This document shows, piece by piece, positions 1 through 9,684 of a stretch of 64,000 nt of DNA. The stretch spans positions 83,898 to 147,897 of the forward strand of contig JAZLDQ010000028.1 in the NCBI GenBank assembly GCA_045614785.1, given 5' to 3'. The notes beneath the pieces were generated by a model. That model was not told the origin of the DNA, searched no databases, and saw only the letters and a program-made list of their open reading frames with translations. The first letter of the stretch is position 1, and the number at the start of each line of letters is the position of its first letter. Source of the DNA: Alloprevotella sp. Its GTDB lineage: Bacteria; Bacteroidota; Bacteroidia; Bacteroidales; Bacteroidaceae. The position numbers and the translations under genes are program-made.

Positions 1-173
1 GCGAAGAGCAAATCTTACGTATGGCTTTTGGCATAGGACAGCCTGAAGGGACCTTGGAAGAGATTGCTATGAAGATTGGACTTTCTAAAGAACGTGTGCG
101 TCAGCTTCGTGAAAAAGCTATTCGTACGTTACAAGGGGCGCAGACTCGAGACTTGTTGCGTGCTTATATATAA
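1..173 (+). CDS. C-terminal end (region 4) of a sigma-70 family RNA polymerase sigma factor, truncated by window start
   Basis: Frame from position 3 reads EEQILRMAFGIGQPEGTLEEIAMKIGLSKERVRQLREKAIRTL...RAYI*, with the TLEEI and ERVRQ helix-turn-helix motifs; stop at 171-173. Confidence 0.85.
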   Translation, partial: EEQILRMAFGIGQPEGTLEEIAMKIGLSKERVRQLREKAIRTLQGAQTRDLLRAYI

Positions 174-238
174 ATTGAGGTTCTGAGGTGAAGAAAGTTC
201 TGATGTTTTGAACTCTAGTTTTGTTTGACGAATAAAGA

Positions 239-278
239 AAGAGCACCCACCGAAAACGGCTGGGTGCTCTAATTTTTG
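239..278. terminator. Intrinsic terminator between convergent genes
   Basis: GAGCACCCA-CCG-AAAA-CGG-C-TGGGTGCTC stem with A-rich 5' side and T-run 3' side. Confidence 0.75.
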
Positions 279-285
279 GTGTATA

Positions 286-1485
286 TTATCTGTGGTATTC
301 AACAGCTAAGCCTCCTTCTGAGGTTTCTCGGTAGAGGGAGGGGAGATCATGTCCAGTTTTCTTCATCACTTGAACGGCTTTGTCGTAGCTGATGCGGTGT
401 TGGCCCTCTGCATAAGTGGCGTAGATGTTGGCATCGAGGGCGCGTGCAGCGGCGTGAGCATTTCGCTCAATACAAGGGATTTGTACGAGTCCGCAAATTG
501 GGTCGCATGTCATACCGAAGTGGTGTTCAAGTCCCATTTCGGCTGCGTATTCGGTGGTTTGCAAGCTTCCGCCAAAGATGTAGTTAGCACCCGCAGCTGC
601 CATGGCACAAGCTACGCCGACCTCTGCTTGACATCCTGCTTCAGCACCTGATATGGAAGCTAGCGATTTTGCGATATTACCAACGAGACCAGCCGTAGCA
701 AGAGCATGGAGAATTCGCTTTTCGCTAAATTGCCTGCTTTGTTGTATGTGGTAGAGCACGGCAGGAACGACTCCGCAGGAGCCGCAAGTGGGGGCTGTTA
801 CGATACGTCCGCCTGAGGCATTCTCTTCCGTTACAGCCAAGGCATAAGAAAACACCAGACCACGCGTTTGTAGGTTTGAGCTGTAGCCTTTAGCTTTGAT
901 ATAATAGTGGGGAGCTTTGCGTCTTAGGTTGAGTCCGCCTGGAAGAACACCTTCCGTTTCTAGTCCTCGGGTTATGGCTTCGCGCATGGCTTTCCATACT
1001 TCGCTGAGGTAGTCCCAAATGTCGCTATCCTCGCATTGTTCAACATATTGCCAATAGGAGAGTCCGCGCTCGTCGCACCATTTGATGATGTCGTCGAGGT
1101 GATTGAGGTCGTAGATGTCTGGCGTTTGCAAGGAGCTAATGCCTTCTTCGGCAAGAGCGCCTCCTCCAACGCTATAGACTATCCACTCCGCTTGTGGACG
1201 ACCATCATCGTCAATGATGGCGAATTTCATGCCGTTAGGATGGTAGGGGAGTACAATCTCGGGGCGCCACACGATGTCGCATCGCTCTTTGCCAAGCACA
1301 CTAAGTATTGCCCAATCTGTGAGGTGACCTCGGCCTGTTGCGGCAAGGCTACCGTAGAGTGTTACTTGAAACTTTTTAGCATCGGGGTGTTGTGAAAGAT
1401 ATTTTTCGGCTGCTGCACGAGGCCCCATAGTATGTGAGGAGGAGGGACCGTAGCCTATGCGGAATAGTTCTTTAAGTGATTTCAT
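286..1485 (-). CDS. sdaA: Fe-S-dependent L-serine dehydratase
   Basis: IGYGPSSSHTMGP, LYGSLAATGRGH, TAPTCGSCG, GCQAEVG and CDPICGLVQIPCIERN motifs. Confidence 0.95.
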   Translation of the reverse strand: MKSLKELFRIGYGPSSSHTMGPRAAAEKYLSQHPDAKKFQVTLYGSLAATGRGHLTDWAILSVLGKERCDIVWRPEIVLPYHPNGMKFAIIDDDGRPQAEWIVYSVGGGALAEEGISSLQTPDIYDLNHLDDIIKWCDERGLSYWQYVEQCEDSDIWDYLSEVWKAMREAITRGLETEGVLPGGLNLRRKAPHYYIKAKGYSSNLQTRGLVFSYALAVTEENASGGRIVTAPTCGSCGVVPAVLYHIQQSRQFSEKRILHALATAGLVGNIAKSLASISGAEAGCQAEVGVACAMAAAGANYIFGGSLQTTEYAAEMGLEHHFGMTCDPICGLVQIPCIERNAHAAARALDANIYATYAEGQHRISYDKAVQVMKKTGHDLPSLYRETSEGGLAVEYHR

Positions 1486-1568
1486 TTATTGAGGGTGTAT
1501 TTTTTTGGGGGGGATGAAGAGGATTTAGAGGAAGATAATTAAAATGATTCTTTACTCTACTTACACTA

Positions 1569-3539
1569 TCAACATTCCTTAATCCAGCCTTTTCTGTATG
1601 CTCTAAGGAGACGTTGGAGGTCGCCTACTTGTTCTCTGAGTTTTCGTCCCATGTCTGTGTCGGCTACTAGCATTCGGCGATCTGAAGATTCAACAAGGGT
1701 TGTCGTTGATTGGATATCAGTACCTTCTACTACGGCTTCTTCGGCAGAGTTGAATGGCGCATGCTGTACGAGCTGGAATCCTCGGCTATGATATACTAGG
1801 GTGTAGCCTGCAATGCCAGTTGTGGAGTGGTAGGCGCGTGCGAATCCCCCGTCAATGACCATTAAGCGACCTTCAGCACGGATTGGAGTTTCGCCCTTGC
1901 CTACTTTTACGGGTACATGTCCGTTGATGATGTGGCGATGTTTCCCTTTGATTTCAAAGTTGTCGAGCAGTCGTTCGCAAATGCTTGCATCGTTTCGAAG
2001 TTTGTAGTACCAGCCTTTTTCCTCGACGTGAGTAGATTTTTCTTTGATGAAATAGCGTTCAAATGTTGTCATCTTTGACTTGTCGAAAAGTGGGCTATTA
2101 GTTCCACACCAAAGGTACCAGAAGAAGTCGCGAGCATAGTTTTTCTCGTCTTCTTCTGCTCCTTCTTCGTAGGCTAAGCGTACGATTTGCTCAAGTTTTT
2201 CCATGAGTTCCTTGCCTTTGTAGGGGGTTCCTTGGATGTCAACCTCCTTGAGACTGCCATCTTCGTTGAGTGGGATTGAAGCGTGGAAGAGTAAGTTGGA
2301 ATTCCATACGGTGTACATGCTCCCGTGCGTGAGCAAGCATTTCATGTGGCGCTGAAGACGTTCGCTCAGGCAGAAGGAGTTGACGAGGCTGTCCATGATG
2401 TCTTGTTCTTCTTCTGTTAAGCGATAAGGGTCGTCTGGGTTGATTGTGGGAAAGAAGGTGTCCTCTAGTGGGTAGGTTATGCCTTCATAGGTGATGGTTC
2501 CATTCTCAATATTGAGGAGCTCGAGCAGGCAACGGTGTTGCATGTTCCACTCTGGGTGTTTCTTGTAGATCTGTCCTTCAAGCTTAAATTGTATGACAGC
2601 GATTGCTTTGTGCATGAGCGTTACCAGTCTTTGTGTTTTCGCTCGCATGAGTGGACCGCTTTCGGGATCTATGAATGGTTTGAAGATGTGGCAGGGGTCG
2701 TTTGCATAGGTTTCCATGGCAAATGTTGCGAGTTGCACCATGTTGATGCCATATCCTTCCTCGAGTGTTTTTGTATTTGCATATCTAAGCGATAGACGAA
2801 TCACAGCTGCAGCGCATACGGGGTTTCCTGATGCTGCTCCCATCCAAAGTATATCGTGATTCCCCCATTGAATGTCGAATCTGTGATATTCGCAAAGTTT
2901 GTCCATTATGAGGTGCGCTCCAGGTCCTCTGTCGAAAATATCGCCTAGGATGTGCAGGCGGTCGATAGCGAGACGTTGGATGAGGTAGCATAACTGGGTG
3001 ACAAACTTATCTGCGCGACGTGTTCCGATGATGGTTTGGATGATGATGTTGTAATAAGCTTGTTTATTGTGTCCAGCGGTAGATTCGTGGAGTAGTTCCT
3101 CTATGATATAGGCAAACTCTTCTGGCAAGCTTTTGCGCACCTTCGAGCGTGTGTATTTTGATGAAATAACTCTACAGACCTGTATTAATCGGTTGAGCGT
3201 TAGTTGGTAAAATTCGGTCATGTTTCGACCACTAGAAATTACCAGTTTTAGCTTCTTTTCAGGGTAGTATATGAGTGTGCATAGTTCCTTAATATCGTTT
3301 TCGTCCAATGTGGATGCAAATATTTCGTGTACTTTGCGTTTGATATAACCTGAGGCATTTCGCAATACGTGTTGGAAGGCTTCGTTCTCGCCATGTAGGT
3401 CGGCTAAGAAGTGTTCTGTCGCTTTCGGTAGATGCATAATGGCTTCAAGATTTATAATTTCTTGAGTTACGCTTGGTACATTGGGAAAATCTTTGGCTAG
3501 AAGTTGAAGGTAGCGCATTGATTCACGATCGTTTTTCAT
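1569..3539 (-). CDS. fbp: Fructose-1,6-bisphosphatase class 3
   Basis: DLHGE, GDIFDRGP, WGNHD, NGHVPVK and IDGGF metallophosphoesterase motifs; start moved to ATG 3539 (ORF track gives 3584). Confidence 0.93.
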   Translation of the reverse strand: MKNDRESMRYLQLLAKDFPNVPSVTQEIINLEAIMHLPKATEHFLADLHGENEAFQHVLRNASGYIKRKVHEIFASTLDENDIKELCTLIYYPEKKLKLVISSGRNMTEFYQLTLNRLIQVCRVISSKYTRSKVRKSLPEEFAYIIEELLHESTAGHNKQAYYNIIIQTIIGTRRADKFVTQLCYLIQRLAIDRLHILGDIFDRGPGAHLIMDKLCEYHRFDIQWGNHDILWMGAASGNPVCAAAVIRLSLRYANTKTLEEGYGINMVQLATFAMETYANDPCHIFKPFIDPESGPLMRAKTQRLVTLMHKAIAVIQFKLEGQIYKKHPEWNMQHRCLLELLNIENGTITYEGITYPLEDTFFPTINPDDPYRLTEEEQDIMDSLVNSFCLSERLQRHMKCLLTHGSMYTVWNSNLLFHASIPLNEDGSLKEVDIQGTPYKGKELMEKLEQIVRLAYEEGAEEDEKNYARDFFWYLWCGTNSPLFDKSKMTTFERYFIKEKSTHVEEKGWYYKLRNDASICERLLDNFEIKGKHRHIINGHVPVKVGKGETPIRAEGRLMVIDGGFARAYHSTTGIAGYTLVYHSRGFQLVQHAPFNSAEEAVVEGTDIQSTTTLVESSDRRMLVADTDMGRKLREQVGDLQRLLRAYRKGWIKEC

Positions 3540-3607
3540 GTTAAAAGCTTGTTGTTGGTGATTTCTGAATGACGAGCAAAACATGGAGCTTTGCGCACAT
3601 TTTTATG

Positions 3608-3698
3608 CAAAAGTAAGATATTTTAATATATGTACGATGTTAAAGTTAAGGTTTTTCGCATTTATACAATGGTTATTCTTCATAAAATGTTACTTTTG
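3608..3698. promoter_or_regulatory. Divergent Bacteroidota sigma-A -7 elements
   Basis: TACTTTTG on minus strand at 3608-3615 and on plus strand at 3691-3698, both matching TAnnTTTG. Confidence 0.6.
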
Positions 3699-3783
3699 CA
3701 AGGAATTTTGTGTATGTCTTCATGTTTCCGCATGATTTCATCGTTTCGCTAAACAGATTTATCAACTATCTATTTTTAGGTAT

Positions 3784-4980
3784 ATGCCACACATCTCAGA
3801 ACGTGCTATAGAGATGCCATCGTCTCCAATTCGCAAGTTAGCTCCTTTGGCTACTGCTGCTCAAGAACGTGGCGTTCATGTTTATCATTTAAATATTGGT
3901 CAGCCCGACCTTCCAACTCCCCAGGAGGGATTAAATGTGCTTAAGAATATTGACCGAAATATACTGGAGTATAGTCCGAGTCAAGGGTTTCGTAGCTATC
4001 GCGAAAAATTAACACATTATTATGAGAAGTTTGATATTCATCTTGACGCTGATGATATTATTATAACCTCGGGTGGTTCGGAAGCTGTGCTTTTTGCATT
4101 TCTTTCGTGCTTGAATCCTGGTGATGAAATTATTGTGCCCGAGCCTGCTTATGCCAATTATATGGCTTTTGCGATTTCAGCAGGTGCTAAGATTAAGACG
4201 ATTGCAACGACTATTGAAGAGGGTTTTGCGCTCCCAAAGGTGGAACAGTTTGAAGCCCTTATTAATGAGCGTACACGTGCTATATTGATATGCAACCCTA
4301 ATAACCCAACTGGTTATCTCTACACGCGTCGAGAAATGAATCAGATTCGTGATCTTGTAAAGAAATACGATCTTTATCTATTCTCTGACGAAGTCTATCG
4401 TGAATTTATTTATACTGGCTCTCCCTATATTTCAGCTTGCCATCTTGAAGGTATCGAACAGAATGTGGTGCTTATCGACTCTGTGTCAAAGCGCTACAGT
4501 GAATGCGGAATTCGCGTTGGTGCACTTATTACTAAAAACGTCGAGGTGCGCAATGCTGTGATGAAGTTTTGTCAAGCGCGTTTAAGTCCACCTCTCATTG
4601 GACAATTGATTGCTGAAGCATCACTCGAAGCATCGCATGAGTACAGCCTTGAAGTTTATGATGAGTATGTAGAACGTCGCAAGTGTCTTATCGATGGACT
4701 TAATCGCATTCCAGGGGTATATTCGCCAATACCGATGGGAGCCTTTTATACGGTGGCAAAGCTTCCTGTCGACGATGCTGAAAAGTTCTGTGCATGGTGT
4801 CTTTCGGATTTTGAGTACGAAGGATGTACAGTTATGATGGCTCCTGCTGCAGGCTTTTACACTACGCCAGGTGCCGGACGCGACCAAGTGCGCATAGCCT
4901 ATGTACTTAAGAAGGAAGACCTTATTCATGCCCTCGTAGTGCTTCGAAAGGCGCTAGAGGCTTATCCAGGTAGAATTTAG
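3784..4980 (+). CDS. Class I/II PLP-dependent aminotransferase (aspartate aminotransferase-like)
   Basis: LNIGQPD, NPNNPTG, SDEVY and DSVSKRYSECGIRVG (PLP lysine). Confidence 0.92.
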   Translation: MPHISERAIEMPSSPIRKLAPLATAAQERGVHVYHLNIGQPDLPTPQEGLNVLKNIDRNILEYSPSQGFRSYREKLTHYYEKFDIHLDADDIIITSGGSEAVLFAFLSCLNPGDEIIVPEPAYANYMAFAISAGAKIKTIATTIEEGFALPKVEQFEALINERTRAILICNPNNPTGYLYTRREMNQIRDLVKKYDLYLFSDEVYREFIYTGSPYISACHLEGIEQNVVLIDSVSKRYSECGIRVGALITKNVEVRNAVMKFCQARLSPPLIGQLIAEASLEASHEYSLEVYDEYVERRKCLIDGLNRIPGVYSPIPMGAFYTVAKLPVDDAEKFCAWCLSDFEYEGCTVMMAPAAGFYTTPGAGRDQVRIAYVLKKEDLIHALVVLRKALEAYPGRI

Positions 4981-5200
4981 TAAGGCCCTTATCAGCTTTG
5001 TTGATTCGGCAAAAACACACGCATCAAGCTAATTCTTTATTTTGAGCCCTCCTTCAGATGCAAATCTTTGCTCACATCCTTACCAGGGCGGCCTGAGGGG
5101 CCAAGTAGCTAGTAGCTTTTGCCTCTTCGAGGCGACCATTTTCCTTGAAATAAATGTGGGCAAAGATTAGCTTTAGACGAACATTCTTTTCTTATAACTT

Positions 5201-6421
5201 ATGCGTTTCATAGCTAATCGCTTATATAGCTCTAAGAACAGAGATAAACGAAGAGCTCTTCAACCAGCCGTTGTCATTGCAACGGCTGGCGTTGCTCTTG
5301 GCGTAGCCGTGATGTTGCTATCTGTAGCTATTGTCGTGGGGTTTAAGGATGAGGTTGGCAGCAAGGTCAGCGGCTTTGGTGGCGACTTGCAGGCGTTGAA
5401 CGTCCATTCGCTCCAGTTCCCCGAGGCAAATCCCATTCAATTGCCTGCCGCCATTGTTAAGCAAATCAATGAGCATCCACAAGTTGCTCACCTGCAGCGC
5501 ACATCACAAAAGCTAGGGGTGCTTAAGACGAATGATGCCTTTTCAGCCATGACGCTCAAGGGGGTGGGCGAGGATTACGACACGCTCTTTCTCTCCAGCC
5601 AACTTCTCTGCGGGCGTTTCCCACGCCTTTCTTCCGACGTCGCTTCGGGCGAAATTATGATTTCTCAGCATGCAGCAGAGCGACACGGCCTTTCCCTCGG
5701 CGATAGGGTGTATGCTTACTTTTTCTCGTCAACAATTAAAATGCGACGCTTCGCTGTCGTAGGCATTTATCAAACGCACCTCCAGCAGTTCGACCGCACT
5801 TATGCCCTGACGGACCGATACACCGTAAACCAGCTCAACGGCTGGAGTCCCCGTCAGTACACTCAGCTCGAAGTACGACTCCAGCCCTCAGCTTCTGCAT
5901 CCGAGGTCCAAGCAAGCCTGAACGACAAGTTGCGCCCAATGCCCTCTGTGAGCCTACTCACCGTTCGCGAGCTCTACCCGCAGGTGTACTCATGGCTCGA
6001 TATGCTCGACCTGAATGCCGTGGTCATCCTCGTCCTAATGCTCAGCGTAGCAGCCTTTACGATGATTAGCGGAGTGCTCATACTCATTCTTGAGCATACG
6101 CCAACCATAGGAGTGCTCATGGCCCTCGGGGCTCACCAGCGCCAGCTGCGCCAGCTCTTCTTCTGCCTCTCTTGGCGCATCGTGCTTCGCGGCTTGCTCT
6201 TAGGCAATGCTCTCGGGCTGGGCTTCATCCTATTTTGCGAGTGGGGACTTCTGAGGCTCGACCCCGCCACGTACTATCTCGATCGCGTACCCACCCACCT
6301 GTTGTGCACGCATTGGGTGCTCGTCAACGTCGCTACCCTACTCACTTCTCAGCTCGCATTGCTACTTCCAGTGCACATAATATCGAAAATACAACCCACA
6401 AAAGCAATAAAATTCGACTAA
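5201..6421 (+). CDS. LolC/E-FtsX family ABC permease (lipoprotein-release type)
   Basis: N-terminal TM ending in IVVGF, large periplasmic domain, C-terminal TMs with IGVLMALGA and YYLDRVP. Confidence 0.85.
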   Translation: MRFIANRLYSSKNRDKRRALQPAVVIATAGVALGVAVMLLSVAIVVGFKDEVGSKVSGFGGDLQALNVHSLQFPEANPIQLPAAIVKQINEHPQVAHLQRTSQKLGVLKTNDAFSAMTLKGVGEDYDTLFLSSQLLCGRFPRLSSDVASGEIMISQHAAERHGLSLGDRVYAYFFSSTIKMRRFAVVGIYQTHLQQFDRTYALTDRYTVNQLNGWSPRQYTQLEVRLQPSASASEVQASLNDKLRPMPSVSLLTVRELYPQVYSWLDMLDLNAVVILVLMLSVAAFTMISGVLILILEHTPTIGVLMALGAHQRQLRQLFFCLSWRIVLRGLLLGNALGLGFILFCEWGLLRLDPATYYLDRVPTHLLCTHWVLVNVATLLTSQLALLLPVHIISKIQPTKAIKFD

Positions 6422-6495
6422 ATCCTTGCTTCGTATTAAAGAAATTCTTAATTTTGCATCGTTTTTCTAAGGCACTCAGCCAGAGGAGAAGCACA

Positions 6496-6570
6496 CGGGG
6501 CGTAGCGCAGTCCGGTTAGCGCACCTGCTTTGGGAGCAGGGGGTCGTCAGTTCGAATCTGGTCGCCCCGA
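6496..6570 (+). tRNA. tRNA-Pro(TGG)
   Basis: CGGGGCG/CGCCCCG acceptor stem, anticodon arm CCTGC-TTTGGGA-GCAGG, TTCGAAT T-loop; CCA not encoded. Confidence 0.95.
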
Positions 6571-6576
6571 CAATGA

Positions 6577-6620
6577 AAAGTGAGCGATAGCAATCATCAA
6601 GCTATCGCTCACTTTTTTTT
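6577..6620 (+). terminator. tRNA terminator
   Basis: AAAAGTGAGCGATAGC...GCTATCGCTCACTTTT stem followed by T-run. Confidence 0.85.
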
Positions 6621-7208
6621 ATAATGAGAGAATTTGCCTTCTTTTTAAGGGACGACTAAATACATTATTGGCTGCGGTTCGGGATAAAATAAATTTTCTC
6701 CATTCACCTTGTACAATAATTGTTGCTGTCCTCCTTATTCATCAGTCACATAGCTCACTATGCTCCTTCTTCATAAGAAGAAATATGATGAAAGGTGAGT
6801 GAAGAGTGAAATTATTTCAACTCTTCCGAACCGCATCTCATATTATGAAAAATCAATCAAAAATACAAGCTGAAACTGAAGCAACTTATTATTTACAAAT
6901 TACTTAACTTCATTATGCTTTAGTTCTTATTTTCTTATCACAATTACTTCTTGCATTTACAGAAGTTGTCAGCCTATATCCTAGTTTAGTTATCTTTCAA
7001 CTTGCAATGTCCGCAACTTCTTTTTATTTATTCAATAATTTGATTACTAAGTTTGTAAAATGTTGTTGGAAGGCTTTTAATTATGCGTTTTTTTGTTGTT
7101 TCTTGCGGATTTATTTGTGAAAAATGCTTAATTTTGTACGTTTGATTTACTAGTGCAAACTCATAACGTTATAATTTGAATTAATTTATTGGGTATATCT
7201 ACGCTATC

Positions 7209-7994
7209 ATGTTAGATTCATTAAAGGGAATAGAAGTATTGGTTGGCAGAGAGCCACAAAAAGGAAATATTCTTTTAAGCATAAGTTATAATGGTGTATT
7301 GAAGACACCTTCGATTGGTGCAGAGAATAGTGTTCCTAAATCAGTAAGTCGTTGTGTCCCAAAGGAAAATGCAGCGCATTGTAAGGTGGTGTTTGACCAA
7401 AATGGAAAAATTTATGTGCAACATCTCAAAGATCAAAACGTAACGTTTGTTGACGGTCATGAGATTTTGTCAATGTGTGTAGACTTAAGTAGTGAAATAT
7501 GTCTTGGTAACGACAGATTTTTACTTCCTCTTGAAAAAATTATTGAAGTAACTATTAAGTATGTTGGCGAAATTCGAGCTATGCAGACAATGTCTATTTC
7601 TCATCTGAAAGAAATTTGGCAAGATTACGAAGAAGAATGTGAACGTATTACTAAAAATATGCAAAAACGCAATAAAATGCGAATGATCCCAATGTTGATT
7701 GGTGGATTGTCGGCGGTGATGCTTCCTGTATTGGCCTTTTTTCTTACAGTGCCAAAGTGGGTGACAATAGGTATATCGTTGATTTCGCTTGTTGCAATAA
7801 TTAAGGTTTTCTGTACGAAGGATACAAGTACTGCTGATAGAAAGTTTGCAAAAGATAAGTTGATTACAAATTATGTATGTCCCAACCCAAGTTGTAAACA
7901 TTTTTTAGGAGAAATACCTTATAAAATTCTTAAGCAGAACAAAAAATGTCAGTATTGTGGTGCTCCTTGGAAAATTGACTTAAAATTGAAGTAG
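7209..7994 (+). CDS. FHA-domain membrane protein with C-terminal Cys4 zinc ribbon
   Basis: VGRE, VSR..H and NVTFVDG FHA-like motifs; coiled segment; two TM helices; CPNPSC...CQYC. Confidence 0.7.
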   Translation: MLDSLKGIEVLVGREPQKGNILLSISYNGVLKTPSIGAENSVPKSVSRCVPKENAAHCKVVFDQNGKIYVQHLKDQNVTFVDGHEILSMCVDLSSEICLGNDRFLLPLEKIIEVTIKYVGEIRAMQTMSISHLKEIWQDYEEECERITKNMQKRNKMRMIPMLIGGLSAVMLPVLAFFLTVPKWVTIGISLISLVAIIKVFCTKDTSTADRKFAKDKLITNYVCPNPSCKHFLGEIPYKILKQNKKCQYCGAPWKIDLKLK

Positions 7995-8047
7995 CCACGA
8001 TAAAGTTTACGATTGAAAACACAAAATACTAGATATAGCTTAAAAAT

Positions 8048-9535
8048 ATGAATCTGAAACAAAATTCAGTCCTTCAAGGAGGTAAATATAAAATAGAGAA
8101 GGTGCTTGGTCAGGGCGGTTTTGGAATTACCTACCTTGCTACGCAAGTAGCTTTGCAAAGAAAAGTTGCTATTAAGGAATTTTTTATGAAGTCGCTTTGT
8201 AATCGCGACAACTCTACGTCTCAAGTTTCTGTGGGATCATCTGGGAGCATTGAGATGGTTGAGCGATTCAGACAAAAATTCATTAAGGAAGCATTAAATA
8301 TTGCAGAATTTAATCATCCTAATATAATCAGAATTTATGATGTATTTGAAGAAAACGAAACTGCTTACTATGTCATGGAATATATTGATAACGGTTCGCT
8401 TTCTTCATATGGCAAAATTTCAGAAGATAAAGCAACTCGTTATATACGCCAAATAGCAGATGCATTAGCATACATACATTCGCGTTGTATTAACCATTTG
8501 GATATTAAGCCTGGTAATATTTTGCTTAATGATTTGGATAATGCAGTGCTTATTGACTTTGGTCTATCAAAACGTTATGATAGCGAGGGGCATCAAACAA
8601 GTACAACCCCCGTAGGTATTAGTCATGGCTATGCCCCAGTAGAACAATATAAGCAAGGAGGTGTAGGAACTTTCTCTCCTTCCACAGATATATATGCTTT
8701 AGGGGCTACTTTCTATAAACTTCTTACAGGACAAGTGCCACCTGATGCAAACGAAATTTTTGATGATGGGTTGCCACCTTTACCTGCAGAAGTGTCGGAA
8801 TCTACCCGCAAGGCTATTATTGCGGCAATGCAACCTCAGAGAAAAAATCGTCCGCAAAGTGTGGCTGAATTTTTGTATATTCTTGATGCAGAAAATATAA
8901 GCAATCTAAGTTATGACGTTTCGGAAGAAACAGAGCTTGTTAGTGCTAAATCTATGGATAGCGAATCGGAAGAGAACGATATGCCAAAAACAAGTAAAAG
9001 AAAATATATTTTTGGCGGTATTGTTACAGCAGTGTTAATTGTGCTAGGGGCTGTTTCGTTCAGCTATTTGGGTGGAAGTCCTGAAATTTCTGAAAATTTA
9101 AATGATACGATATCAAACGTTGTCGGCTATCGTTTTGTAAATGGTAATAACGTTGCTTTTAGTTATTCTGGGGCCGTTAATCGTGATACAATTCCTAATG
9201 GTAAAGGTGTAGGAGAGTATGAACAAGGAACTTATACCGGACTTTATGAAAATGGTTTACGTCATGGTAAGGGACATTATGTGACTGCTAAAGGAACTAA
9301 CGACTTTGAAGGCTTATTCGAATTTGATGTTTACAGCGAGGGCAAGCTCACTAGCACCGAAGGTTGGACTTACGAAGGAAACTTTAAGAACCAAAATTTT
9401 AATAGAGGACGTCTTTATTTTGCCGATGGTACCTACTTTGATGGCGAATTTAAAGATAATAATCCCTATAATGGTGTTTTCTATTCAGCATCAGGGGTAA
9501 AGGCTGGTAATATCCGTAATGGTGAAATATATTAG
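8048..9535 (+). CDS. Hanks-type Ser/Thr protein kinase with TM helix and MORN-like extracytoplasmic repeats
   Basis: GQGGFG, VAIKE, HLDIKPGN, IDFG, GYAPVEQ and DIYALG motifs; TM segment; YxGxF/Y..G...GxG repeats. Confidence 0.92.
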   Translation: MNLKQNSVLQGGKYKIEKVLGQGGFGITYLATQVALQRKVAIKEFFMKSLCNRDNSTSQVSVGSSGSIEMVERFRQKFIKEALNIAEFNHPNIIRIYDVFEENETAYYVMEYIDNGSLSSYGKISEDKATRYIRQIADALAYIHSRCINHLDIKPGNILLNDLDNAVLIDFGLSKRYDSEGHQTSTTPVGISHGYAPVEQYKQGGVGTFSPSTDIYALGATFYKLLTGQVPPDANEIFDDGLPPLPAEVSESTRKAIIAAMQPQRKNRPQSVAEFLYILDAENISNLSYDVSEETELVSAKSMDSESEENDMPKTSKRKYIFGGIVTAVLIVLGAVSFSYLGGSPEISENLNDTISNVVGYRFVNGNNVAFSYSGAVNRDTIPNGKGVGEYEQGTYTGLYENGLRHGKGHYVTAKGTNDFEGLFEFDVYSEGKLTSTEGWTYEGNFKNQNFNRGRLYFADGTYFDGEFKDNNPYNGVFYSASGVKAGNIRNGEIY

Positions 9536-9684
9536 CATTATGCATAAATATTAAATTTTCAAAATAGCTTTAAGGTTGGTAGTATAGATCACCACAGAGA
9601 TGAGTAGCATTTTGATTGTGAGGTTATGCGAACCTGATAACCCTCAAATAGAAGCAACCTTAAAGGTAATAATAATATTTTTCA

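Noticed and set aside
9590..9645. Hammerhead ribozyme (GATGAG...CGAA)
   Set aside because: Lacks the CUGANGA and GAAA core and the required stems
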